From the IMG/VR virus record IMGVR_UViG_3300034073_000627, positions 1 through 29,738 of that record: 29,738 nucleotides of DNA; one strand, written 5' to 3'. Below the pieces are notes generated by a model. It was not told the origin of the DNA and did no database searches. It saw nothing but the letters and a program-made list of their open reading frames with translations. The position numbers and the translations under genes are program-made. Below, piece after piece: positions 18,125 to 27,376 of this stretch. Position 1 is the stretch's first letter, and each line of letters starts with the position of its first letter. This stretch comes from a virus. Taxonomy: Duplodnaviria; Caudoviricetes.

Positions 18125-18130
18125 TAAATT
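18102..18130 (+). promoter_or_regulatory. Putative sigma70 promoter for the acyltransferase/ejection operon
   Basis: TTGACG (18102-18107), 17 nt, TAAATT (18125-18130). Confidence 0.55.
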
Positions 18131-18167
18131 CAACGTTTCGGTGTATCTACAAGCTTAACCGACTTGC

Positions 18168-18608
18168 ATGGATTTCATATTTGATAAAGATAAACTTAAA
18201 GATATGCATGAGGTTATATCTTTGTATAAGAAGTTTGATAGGTATAAAGATTTAACAAGAGAAGATCTTTACTACCACATACTTCCATCTTTCAAATTGA
18301 ATCAATTCAAAATACACAAGGACAAAAACGATATGATTGCTTTTACAAATTGGGCTTATTTAGACAAAGACGCTGAAAATCGTTTTATTTCAACAGGAAT
18401 TTTAGAAGACAAAGACTGGAAAAGTGGTGATAATGTATGGCATATTGACACAGTTTGTGTTAAAAATATTAAAAAAGTTATGTCTTGGACTAGGAAATAC
18501 TTTACTAATTTACTTGGAATAAACAAACCTGTTCATTGGTTAAGATTATCTGAAGATGGTAAAGTATATAGAAAAGCCACAAGATTTACCAAGGAGATTT
18601 ATAAATAA
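18168..18608 (+). CDS. RTX toxin-activating lysine acyltransferase (HlyC)-like protein
   Basis: ILPSFKLNQF, AFTNWAYL and DWKSGDNVWHID align by eye with HlyC VLPAIQANQY, AYCSWANL and DWTSGDRKWFID. Confidence 0.8.
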   Translation: MDFIFDKDKLKDMHEVISLYKKFDRYKDLTREDLYYHILPSFKLNQFKIHKDKNDMIAFTNWAYLDKDAENRFISTGILEDKDWKSGDNVWHIDTVCVKNIKKVMSWTRKYFTNLLGINKPVHWLRLSEDGKVYRKATRFTKEIYK

Positions 18609-19696
18609 TGGGTAGTGCTGTAAAATCGATTACAAAACCAATTGCAAAAGTATTAGATAAAATAGTACCTAATGAAATTAAACCTATTTTACCTTTTGCT
18701 GCAGCAATAGCTGCTCCTTATTTAGGACCAACACTTGGTGGTTTAGGTGGACTAGTTCAAAATGCAACATTAAAAGGAATGATAGGTGGAGGTTTATTAA
18801 ACCTTGCAGGACAATTACCTCAAGAAGGATATGAAAGAAGAGGACCAAATTTAGCAAGTTTAGGTTTAGCAAGTTTAGCGGGTGGTATTGGAGGAGCTGC
18901 AGGAGCTGCTCCTGGAACTCCTGGTGGTATAGACACTTTAAGATCAGGAATGACTATTGGTAACGTAGGAGATACAGCTATAACAAGTGCTGAAGTTGCT
19001 AGAAGAATAGCAGAAGTTCCAACTAATTTTGGATTTGAATTTGGAGCTCCAGATCTTGGATTAAGCAATATGACACCACCAACTTTTTTACAAGGAGCTG
19101 AAAATTTAATTAGAAGTGGAGTAGCTTCAGCTGCTGAATATGCAAAACCAGGTTTAGAAGCTGGTGAAAGATTATTTACAGGAACAGGTAAATTGGAAGA
19201 TATTATTCCTGCAGCAAAAACACTTGGACCAAGCGCAATTAGTGCTGCAACTGAAACTGCTGATAGAGTAGCTAGAGATGCACTAGATGAATATAATAGA
19301 CAACAAGCAGCATTAGGACAAACGGTTGCTCAAAATAAAGCAGATCAAATATTTTTTATAAGACAAGCAATGCAACAAGCTGGATTCAATGAAGATGAGA
19401 TAGTTGGTGCTATATCTAAATTTGGATTTGCAGATGGTGGAAGAGTTGGATATGCAAAAGGTGGTGGATTAATGAATTTAAAAATGGGTGGCATGCCTGT
19501 AGAAATGGACTTAAGAGCTAAAGGTGGATTTGTTCCAATAGGTAAAAAAGAACGTGCAGATGATGTTCCAGCAAGATTAAGTAAAAATGAGTTTGTTTTT
19601 ACGGCAAAAGCTGTTAGAGGTGCTGGTAGAGGAGATGTTAAAAAAGGAGCAAAAAGAATGTATCAATTAATGAGACAATATGAGGCAGTAGCATAA
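18608..19696 (+). CDS. Putative internal virion / ejection protein, Gly-Ala-rich
   Basis: Amphipathic N-terminus, hydrophobic glycine-zipper segments, and C-terminal FADGGRVGYAKGG...ADDVPARLSKNEFVFTAKAVRGAG. Confidence 0.6.
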   Translation: MGSAVKSITKPIAKVLDKIVPNEIKPILPFAAAIAAPYLGPTLGGLGGLVQNATLKGMIGGGLLNLAGQLPQEGYERRGPNLASLGLASLAGGIGGAAGAAPGTPGGIDTLRSGMTIGNVGDTAITSAEVARRIAEVPTNFGFEFGAPDLGLSNMTPPTFLQGAENLIRSGVASAAEYAKPGLEAGERLFTGTGKLEDIIPAAKTLGPSAISAATETADRVARDALDEYNRQQAALGQTVAQNKADQIFFIRQAMQQAGFNEDEIVGAISKFGFADGGRVGYAKGGGLMNLKMGGMPVEMDLRAKGGFVPIGKKERADDVPARLSKNEFVFTAKAVRGAGRGDVKKGAKRMYQLMRQYEAVA

Positions 19697-19697
19697 T

Positions 19698-20528
19698 ATG
19701 GCAGATCCAGTACCTACATCGATACAACAGAATTTACCTTCACCTTATATACAAGGTGCGCTTACTGCATTAAGTGAAAGATTATTACCTTTACTTTCAA
19801 CTTCAGCAGCTATTCAAACTTCAACTTATGCACCACAAGTTGCAGCAGAAACTGCATTACAACAACAAGCAAGAGGACTTGCTGGTGGATTAGGTGATTA
19901 TCAACAATATTTAACACAAGCTGAACAATATTCAGGACCACAGGCATATCAACAATTTATGTCTCCTTATCAACAAGAAGTTATTTCAACTACACTTTCT
20001 GAATTTGATAGACAAAGACAACAAGCTTTAGCACAACAACAAGCACAAGCTGTGGCAGGTGGAGCTTTTGGCGGAGCAAGAGAAGGAGTTCAAAGAGCAG
20101 AATATGGTGCACAAACTTTGCAAGATAGAGCAGCATTACAAGCTCAATTATTACAACAAGGATTTGGACAAGCACAACAACAAGCAGCGCAAGCTTTTCA
20201 ACAACAAACAGGTTTAGCTAGTTTACAACCACAATTATTAGGACAACAAATTGCAGGAATAACAGGACTAGGTCAACAACAACAAGCTCAACAACAAGCT
20301 GTATTAGATGCTCAAGCGGCAGCTGCAAGAGAAGCTGCGTTTGAACCTTACACTAGATATGGTTTAGTTGGACAACAATTAACAGGATTAGTTGGTGGTT
20401 TCCCAACACAAGTACAAACATTCAACCCACAACAACCTGCTAGTCCATTACAAACTGCTTTAGGAACTGGATTAGGTCTTGCTTCTATTGGAGGCAAATT
20501 ATTTGGTAAGGGAGGAATATTTGGTTAA
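19698..20528 (+). CDS. Putative ejection / pilot protein, Gln-rich coiled coil
   Basis: YQQFMSPYQQEVI and GAFGGAREGV motifs, Q-rich helices, and a hydrophobic Gly-rich C-terminus. Confidence 0.6.
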   Translation: MADPVPTSIQQNLPSPYIQGALTALSERLLPLLSTSAAIQTSTYAPQVAAETALQQQARGLAGGLGDYQQYLTQAEQYSGPQAYQQFMSPYQQEVISTTLSEFDRQRQQALAQQQAQAVAGGAFGGAREGVQRAEYGAQTLQDRAALQAQLLQQGFGQAQQQAAQAFQQQTGLASLQPQLLGQQIAGITGLGQQQQAQQQAVLDAQAAAAREAAFEPYTRYGLVGQQLTGLVGGFPTQVQTFNPQQPASPLQTALGTGLGLASIGGKLFGKGGIFG

Positions 20529-21607
20529 TGAGTAAAATTTTAAGAAGACCAATGTTTAGAGGTGGCCGCGTCGATAGTCGCGGAACGGGGATTACATCTG
20601 GATTAATGGATGAAGGACAAATTGGTGGTGGCACTATTTATGGTGAACAAATGCCAGATGGTAGATATGGATTTCAAGATCCAATTTATAGACCAAGTAT
20701 TGAAGAAATAATTAGTAGTTTTCCTCCTTTATATGATCCCGAAAAAGAAGCAAAAGAAAAATTATTAAAATATCAAGAAGAAATGACTCCAAAAGGATAT
20801 ATGGAAGATCCATCTGGATTAACACCTGTTGCTCCTGGAAAATTATTTTTTGAATTTGGAAAAGATGAACGATCTGATATTTTAAAACTAACACAACCCG
20901 ATGGAATTAAATCTTATGTAAAAGAAAACATAGGTAAAAGAAATGAACAAATTAAAAATATAATGGAAACTACTAAAAATTTATCACAAGATGAAAGAAA
21001 TGCAATTTTAAAAAGATTTAATGTAACACAAAAAGATATTTCTGGAGCAATTGGAGATGAAGAAGATAAAGATGTAAGTAAAATTATTCCTGGACCTACT
21101 CCAAGATCAAGAAGAGAAGAAATTTTAGAAGAAGCTGCTCTTTATAGAGAAGCTTTAGGATATGATGAAGCTAAATCACAAGCAATATTTGATGCTTTAG
21201 GAGCTGCTGCACCAGCTTTCTTTAAAGGAAAAAATGTAAGAGAAGCAATACCACAAGTATTAGAATCTATAAATAAATCAAAAGCATTTGAAGGACCTAA
21301 AGATATTAAACAAGCTGCTGGACAATTAGCTATACAAAGAAGAATGTTAGCAGATAAAGCAAAAGCTGAAGAATTAGCAAGATTAGCTATATACGGAATG
21401 AAGAATAGAGAAACATTAACTGATCTTGTGAAAGGAATTCCTGGATCTTTTGTAGCCGGAGTATTACCAAAAGGAATTGAAAATAATCCTACTTTACAAG
21501 CATCTTTAAGACCAGGTGGAATATATTCAACTACTGAAGGTGAATATTTCTATGCTGTTCCTAGCGCTAAAGGAGATAAAGTAAGCGGCTTGCAAAAGAT
21601 AGGATAA
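20528..21607 (+). CDS. Putative internal virion protein
   Basis: Starts MSKILRRPMFRGGRV...GITSGL. Helical, and located between ejection-like genes. Confidence 0.55.
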   Translation: MSKILRRPMFRGGRVDSRGTGITSGLMDEGQIGGGTIYGEQMPDGRYGFQDPIYRPSIEEIISSFPPLYDPEKEAKEKLLKYQEEMTPKGYMEDPSGLTPVAPGKLFFEFGKDERSDILKLTQPDGIKSYVKENIGKRNEQIKNIMETTKNLSQDERNAILKRFNVTQKDISGAIGDEEDKDVSKIIPGPTPRSRREEILEEAALYREALGYDEAKSQAIFDALGAAAPAFFKGKNVREAIPQVLESINKSKAFEGPKDIKQAAGQLAIQRRMLADKAKAEELARLAIYGMKNRETLTDLVKGIPGSFVAGVLPKGIENNPTLQASLRPGGIYSTTEGEYFYAVPSAKGDKVSGLQKIG

Positions 21608-21617
21608 GTAAATTATC

Positions 21618-24600
21618 ATGGAATCAATTAATTTCGATTCATTAAATAAAACATTACCTGCAGAAAAAGATAATAAAGTAAGTGTTATTAGTTCAGTTTT
21701 ATCTGGAATAGGTTCAGGTTTAATTTCAATACCAAAAGGTGCATTTTCGTTAGGTGCAACTCTTTATGATTTAGGTGCAGGAACAAATAAAGCAGCAGAA
21801 ATAGAAAAATTTTTTGATGATTTAACAGAATTAGACGAAAAAGCAGAAGCAACGACTGCCGGTAAAATAACACAAGCATTGGTTAATCTTGGTGTACCTG
21901 GTGCATATGGTTTTAAATTAGGATCTTCTTTAGCAAAAAATGCAATTACTGCTAAAAAAACTGGAAATTATTTTACATTAACTAATCCTGCATTAAGAGA
22001 TGCAACGGACAAAGCGATTGAATTAAATACAAAAGGTAAACTTGCAACATTTGCGGCAGGAGCTGTAGGAGGTGGTTTATCAGATGCTGTGTTTGTTGGT
22101 GATGTTGAAGAAATGGGAACCTTTGGAGATTTGTTAGGTGGACCTACAGAACTCAATAGAGGTGAAGGAGAGACAGATTATGATCCTACAAGAGAATTAA
22201 TAAATAGAATAAAATTTGGAACTGAAAGTTCTTTGTTTACAGGAGTTATTGCTGGAACAGGAAGTAGTATTAAAAAATTAGCTCAACGTGGTAAAGATTT
22301 AAGATTTAGTAACAATCAAATAGATAGAACATTAGATAAAATAGCTTCTTTTGTAAGAGCTAGAGGTGGTAAAACACAAGAGTATTTTGATATTGAAAGA
22401 CAACAAATAGGAAGAAGATCAGTTGATATTAATTTAGCACAACAAATATCAAGAGATTTAGATAAAAATATAGATGAAATATTTCCTGCTTATAAAACTG
22501 TGTTTAATAAACAAACAGCAAAAGAAAGAACAAATACTTTAGCAAAAATAAATGATTTATTACTTTCTGGAGAACCAGTTTTAGACGATGCAGGTAAAGT
22601 TACATTTGGAACTTTAGATGAAAATCTTAAACAAGGAGTAATAAATACTTTAAAACAAGCAGGTGCAAAAGATGAAACCATAGCAGAGATACTAGGAAAT
22701 TTAAGTGCAATTAGATCTGGATGGAGTGATATGTTTAGTGCTATTGGAGGAAGAATTGATCCTGAAAACATAGGTGATTTTAAAAAATTGTTTGGAAATA
22801 AATTTAAAAATTATCTTGGTTCTACTTACGACATATTTCAAAACAAATCTTTAATACCTTTTTTTAATTTTAAACCTGCAGAACAAGCAATTGATAAAAC
22901 AAAAGAAATGTTTAAACAAGTTGCTTTACAAAACGGTAAACCCATTACAGATGAACAAGCAAATTACTTTGTAGATCGTTTAGTTAAAACAGCAAGACTT
23001 CCTAAAGGATTTAGAATGGACAAACCATCAGATCCTATATTTCAAATACCGGATTTTTTTGTAGGTAAAACAGTATTGGATGATGCAGTAACTGATAAAG
23101 GATTTGCTTCATTAAGTAGTTTACCAAAAGAAAATAGAGAAATAATAGAAGAATTATTGGGTAAAACTAAAAATCCTATGCAAACAATATTAGGTGGAAC
23201 TGCTAGACTATCTTTAATAACAAGACGTAATGAATTTTTTCAAGATCTTGTTTCAAAATCAGATGAGTTAAAACAAAGAGGTAAAGGTATATTTTATGAT
23301 ACAGAAGAAGAAGCATTACAAAATTTAGGACCTGACTTTAGAAAAATTAATATTGATCCAAATAAAGCATTAGAAGCAGGTATTACAAATCCCGTTAATG
23401 GTAAATATGCAATTAATGAAATTGCAGATGCATTAGAACAAACTGCAGCACAAACAAGGAGTGATAGTATTATTGGTAAGATATATGAAAATTTAATTTT
23501 ATATCCAAAAGCAACTTCTCAATTAGCTAAAACTGTTTTATCTCCGGTAACACACGTTAGAAATTTTATTAGCGCTGGAGCGTTTGCAACTGCAAATGGT
23601 ATTATACCAAATCCAAAAGCAATGCGTGAAGCGTATTCTGCATTACAAACTGCGTTACCAGGAACAAGACAAAACAATGAATTATACAGAAGACTATTGG
23701 AATTAGGTGTTGTTAATAAAAACGTTGCACTTGGTGATTTAAATAATTTATTAAAAGATATTAGTTTTGGTGAAACAGTTAATTCAGATAAATTTTTAAG
23801 ATTAATGTTAAGACCTTTATCTAAAATTAAAAAAGTTTCTGAAGATTTATATACAGCAGAAGATGATTTTTGGAAAATTACTTCTTGGGCAATGGAAAAA
23901 CAAAGACTTGGAAATGCTTATGCTAAATCAGGAATAACTAAAACTACAAGAGAATTAGAAGAAGAAGCAGCAGATATTATTAGAAATAATATTCCAAACT
24001 ATGACTATGTCGGAGATTTTATAAAAGGATTACGTAAATTACCTTTTGGTAACTTTGTATCTTTTCCTGCAGAAATATTAAGAACATCTACAAATATAGT
24101 TAGAAGAGGTATAGATGAAATTACATTACAAGTTAAAAATGATAAAGGAGAACTTGTTAAACCATTAGCTGGTATTGGTTATCAAAGATTAATTGGAATG
24201 GGTACAACTTCTATTGCAGTTCCATTAGCAGTAGTAGAGGCAGCTAAAGTTTTATATGATGTTGCGGATGAAGAATTAGAAGCTTTAAGAAGATATGTTC
24301 CTTTGTGGTCTAAAAATTCAACTTTAGTTCCAATAAGAGACAAAGAAACAGGTGATTTAAAATATATAGACTTTAGTCATGCTAATGCCTATGACGTTTT
24401 ATATAGACCTATACAAACCGTTATCAATGCTGTTGCTTCAGGAAGAACAGACAAAGATGGAATTATGGATGATTTCATGAAAGGTTTAATAACAGCATCT
24501 AGTGAACTTGGTAAACCATTTGTTGAAGAAGCTATATGGACAGAAGCACTTACAGATTTATTTGTAAGAGGTGGAAGAACAAGAGAAGGTAATCAAGTAT

Positions 24601-25478
24601 TTAATCCTGAAGATACGGAAGGAAATAAAATTATGGCTGGTATTAAACATTTAGTTGAAACACAAGCTCCATTTTCTTATCCTCAATTTAAAAGATTAGA
24701 TTTAGCTTCAGAACCAATAGATATAATTGAAAAAGGTAAATATGATAAATATGGACAATCTTACGAATTAAAAGATGAATTACTTGGTTTTACTGGATTT
24801 AGACCAGTTAATTTAAATGTAGAACGTGGATTAAATTTTAAAGTTGCTGAATTTCAAAAAGGAGTTAGAGAGTCAAGACAATTGTTTACAAGAAATACTT
24901 TAAGAGGAGGACCTGTAACACCAGAAGAAATTGTTGATGCATACATTAACGCTAACAGAGCAATATTCAATGTTAAAAAAGATTTGTATAAAGATTTAAA
25001 AGCAGCAGAAATTTTAAATACACCTAAACAAAAAATTAATAAAGTAGTTGGAGAACGAATTTCTCAAAATGAATATAATAACATTAATCTTGGTATATTT
25101 ATTCCTTATAATATATCTGAAGATGTTCAAAAAACTTTCGCTGAAAATGCTGCAAAAATAGGACAACCGAATCCGTTAATAAGTGCTAATCCAATTATTT
25201 CTAATATTCAAAGAACTTTATCTAGAATTCCATTAACAGAAGAAGGTATACCTGAAATAGAAAACCCATTTAAAAATTTAGCTGAACCTACATTAGAACC
25301 TATTTCAAAATTACCTGAATTACCAAATCCTACGCAAATACAAGGATATGGACAAATTAATCTTCCTGGAACTGTTGTGGGTAATCAAATAAATCCAGTA
25401 ACAAAGTTGACACAAGCTGAAGAACAGTTATTATCACCTGCTGAAAAATTAATTAGACAAAGACAGAGAACAACATGA
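21618..25478 (+). CDS. Large internal virion / DNA-ejection protein, 1286 aa
   Basis: Largest ORF and last of the structural block before lysis. Hydrophobic N-terminal helices, with motifs SPVTHVRN, EDDFWK, PNYD..., PFGNFVSFPAE. Confidence 0.65.
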   Translation: MESINFDSLNKTLPAEKDNKVSVISSVLSGIGSGLISIPKGAFSLGATLYDLGAGTNKAAEIEKFFDDLTELDEKAEATTAGKITQALVNLGVPGAYGFKLGSSLAKNAITAKKTGNYFTLTNPALRDATDKAIELNTKGKLATFAAGAVGGGLSDAVFVGDVEEMGTFGDLLGGPTELNRGEGETDYDPTRELINRIKFGTESSLFTGVIAGTGSSIKKLAQRGKDLRFSNNQIDRTLDKIASFVRARGGKTQEYFDIERQQIGRRSVDINLAQQISRDLDKNIDEIFPAYKTVFNKQTAKERTNTLAKINDLLLSGEPVLDDAGKVTFGTLDENLKQGVINTLKQAGAKDETIAEILGNLSAIRSGWSDMFSAIGGRIDPENIGDFKKLFGNKFKNYLGSTYDIFQNKSLIPFFNFKPAEQAIDKTKEMFKQVALQNGKPITDEQANYFVDRLVKTARLPKGFRMDKPSDPIFQIPDFFVGKTVLDDAVTDKGFASLSSLPKENREIIEELLGKTKNPMQTILGGTARLSLITRRNEFFQDLVSKSDELKQRGKGIFYDTEEEALQNLGPDFRKINIDPNKALEAGITNPVNGKYAINEIADALEQTAAQTRSDSIIGKIYENLILYPKATSQLAKTVLSPVTHVRNFISAGAFATANGIIPNPKAMREAYSALQTALPGTRQNNELYRRLLELGVVNKNVALGDLNNLLKDISFGETVNSDKFLRLMLRPLSKIKKVSEDLYTAEDDFWKITSWAMEKQRLGNAYAKSGITKTTRELEEEAADIIRNNIPNYDYVGDFIKGLRKLPFGNFVSFPAEILRTSTNIVRRGIDEITLQVKNDKGELVKPLAGIGYQRLIGMGTTSIAVPLAVVEAAKVLYDVADEELEALRRYVPLWSKNSTLVPIRDKETGDLKYIDFSHANAYDVLYRPIQTVINAVASGRTDKDGIMDDFMKGLITASSELGKPFVEEAIWTEALTDLFVRGGRTREGNQVFNPEDTEGNKIMAGIKHLVETQAPFSYPQFKRLDLASEPIDIIEKGKYDKYGQSYELKDELLGFTGFRPVNLNVERGLNFKVAEFQKGVRESRQLFTRNTLRGGPVTPEEIVDAYINANRAIFNVKKDLYKDLKAAEILNTPKQKINKVVGERISQNEYNNINLGIFIPYNISEDVQKTFAENAAKIGQPNPLISANPIISNIQRTLSRIPLTEEGIPEIENPFKNLAEPTLEPISKLPELPNPTQIQGYGQINLPGTVVGNQINPVTKLTQAEEQLLSPAEKLIRQRQRTT

Positions 25479-25702
25479 AAAAAATCATAAAATCTCGGTT
25501 AGATGAACATATGGTAGATTTATATCACAGAGTAGATAATCTTAAAAAAGATATATCAACAATTAAAAACAACCATCTCAAACATATGAGTTGTGCTATT
25601 TATAAAATAGAAAAGAAAGTAGATTGGATTCAAAAAGCTATGCTTACAGGAATGGGCGCACTTGCATTAACTCTCATAGCTATTCTATTTAAACTTAAAT
25701 GA
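25475..25702 (+). CDS. Holin-like / XhlA-like small membrane protein
   Basis: Coiled-coil N-terminus plus one C-terminal TM segment (AMLTGMGALALTLIAILF). ATGA-coupled to the endolysin. Confidence 0.5.
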   Translation: MKKIIKSRLDEHMVDLYHRVDNLKKDISTIKNNHLKHMSCAIYKIEKKVDWIQKAMLTGMGALALTLIAILFKLK

Positions 25703-26157
25703 AATTAAGCAACAACTTTTCTTTAGAAGAGTTAATTAAATCACAAGAAGCAATAAGACTCGGAATACCAAACGAACCTAATCAAGATCACATTTTTAAT
25801 CTACAATTACTTTGTCAATACATATTACAACCTGTACGTGATAATTTTAATTTACCGGTTACAATCAGTTCTGGATATAGATCTCCTGAACTTTGTGAAA
25901 AAATTGGATCATCTAGTAAGAGTCAACATACTCGTGGGGAAGCCGCAGACTTTGAGATATTTGGCCTTCCAAACAAAGAAGTAAGCGATTGGCTCGTTCA
26001 AAATCTTGATTACGATCAATGTATACTTGAATTTTGGACTCCTGATGAACCTAACTCTGGATGGATTCATTGCAGTTACTCTGCAGCTAAAAATAGACGA
26101 CAATACCTTAAAGCATCTAGACAAGATGGCAAGGTAATTTATTCACCTTTAACATAA
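25699..26157 (+). CDS. Endolysin, peptidase M15A family
   Basis: LSNNFSLEE, ISSGYRS, SQHTRGEAAD (H-x6-D) and GWIHCS zinc ligands. Confidence 0.88.
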   Translation: MKLSNNFSLEELIKSQEAIRLGIPNEPNQDHIFNLQLLCQYILQPVRDNFNLPVTISSGYRSPELCEKIGSSSKSQHTRGEAADFEIFGLPNKEVSDWLVQNLDYDQCILEFWTPDEPNSGWIHCSYSAAKNRRQYLKASRQDGKVIYSPLT

Positions 26158-26200
26158 AATAATTTGTTGCATTAATCTCAAAAAGTTGTATGACGCGCTT

Positions 26201-26776
26201 ATGGATAATAAAATATTAGTACATAAACATTTAATAGTCCGAGCGGAAGCTAAAAATCCTCCAATGGATGAAACTATCCTTACAGAATGGTTTAAGAAAT
26301 TTATAGAAGAAATAGGTATGAAGGTTATGATGGGGCCATACGTGAAGTATTCTCATATGATCGGGAACCGTGGAATTACAGGAGCTGCAATCATTGAAAC
26401 ATCTCATATAGTAATGCATGTTTGGGATGAACCTGACCCCGCCTTGCTTCAGTTTGATGTTTACTCATGTGGTGAATTTGATCCTGAAACAATATGTGAA
26501 AAGATAAAGAAAGATTTTAATGCAACAAAAATAGAATATAAATTTTTAGATCGTGAACATGATCTAAAAGAAATACATACTTTAACATATACTGATCCGA
26601 TTGTTAAAAATTATGAAAGTAGAGAAATAGAAAAGAAAAATAATGCATTATTAAGAAGTAGAAAAGAAGTTGAGATTAATGGAAGTGGAACACATGGTTA
26701 TAGAATTAAAGAAGGTTCTCATAAAGGTACAGTTCTTGGTCATATAATAAGAGAAAAATCAGTACTTGAAAATTAA
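26201..26776 (+). CDS. speD: Pyruvoyl-dependent S-adenosylmethionine decarboxylase-like proenzyme with C-terminal extension
   Basis: HKHLI, GITGAAIIETSHIVMHVW (self-cleavage Ser in ETSH) and DVYSCG. ATG at 26201 preferred over TTG at 26186. Confidence 0.75.
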   Translation: MDNKILVHKHLIVRAEAKNPPMDETILTEWFKKFIEEIGMKVMMGPYVKYSHMIGNRGITGAAIIETSHIVMHVWDEPDPALLQFDVYSCGEFDPETICEKIKKDFNATKIEYKFLDREHDLKEIHTLTYTDPIVKNYESREIEKKNNALLRSRKEVEINGSGTHGYRIKEGSHKGTVLGHIIREKSVLEN

Positions 26777-26800
26777 TAAATAATATTTATATATACCGCA

Positions 26801-26853
26801 GGTTGCATCATGTGGATGGACCAATTAACTTGCTTTAAAAGGAGATAATTATG
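26801..26853 (+). promoter_or_regulatory. ROSE-like RNA thermometer in the Hsp20 5' UTR
   Basis: Hairpin 1 at 26801-26822 (GGT..CATC/GATG..ACC). Hairpin 2 at 26823-26850, AATTA-A-CTTGCTT/AAGGAG-A-TAATT, has the UUGCU motif opposite the SD. Confidence 0.7.
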
Positions 26854-27273
26854 ACAAACATTGAAGTTTTCAATAATTTAAGCAAACAATTATTCAACGG
26901 ATCAACAAAGTTTTTTGATGAATCTTTTGAAAATATTTTTGACACGTGGTCAAAAGCACAATCATTTCCATTCTATAACGTAGTAAAATACTCAAAAGGT
27001 AAATACGGTTTAGAAATCGGTTTAGCTGGCTACAGTAAAAAAAACATACTTGTAGAGGTTAAAGATGGTATCTTAACAGTAGAAGGAAAAGTAGAAGATA
27101 AAAATGTAGACTATGTTAAACAAGGTCTAGCATTTAGAAAATTTTTCAAACAGTTTGAATTAGCTAAAGATGTAATAGTTGATGAAGCTGAAATGAAAGA
27201 TGGTTTACTTAAAATTAAATTTGGTTTTAATGAACCAAAAGAAATTGAAGGCGTTAAAATAGAAGTAAAATAA
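26851..27273 (+). CDS. Small heat shock protein (Hsp20/IbpA-like)
   Basis: FPFYNVV, LEIGLAGY, GILTVEG, GLAFRKFFKQFEL, AEMKDGLLKI alpha-crystallin motifs. Confidence 0.92.
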   Translation: MTNIEVFNNLSKQLFNGSTKFFDESFENIFDTWSKAQSFPFYNVVKYSKGKYGLEIGLAGYSKKNILVEVKDGILTVEGKVEDKNVDYVKQGLAFRKFFKQFELAKDVIVDEAEMKDGLLKIKFGFNEPKEIEGVKIEVK

Positions 27274-27347
27274 TGACTACAATAGCAGTATTTTTTATTG
27301 TTTGTTTTATAATACTTTTATATTTAATTTATAATAATTATAAATGA
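27273..27347 (+). CDS. Putative 24-aa single-pass membrane peptide; not in ORF track
   Basis: MTTIAVFFIVCFIILLYLIYNNYK*, with a TAATG overlap at the Hsp20 stop. Confidence 0.45.
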   Translation: MTTIAVFFIVCFIILLYLIYNNYK

Positions 27348-27376
27348 TGCCTTATAATTCTGAAGAAAACGATTGG

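Noticed and set aside
18168-19696. Bona fide RTX toxin locus
   Set aside because: No calcium-binding GGxGxDxUx repeats and no HlyB/HlyD transporter genes.
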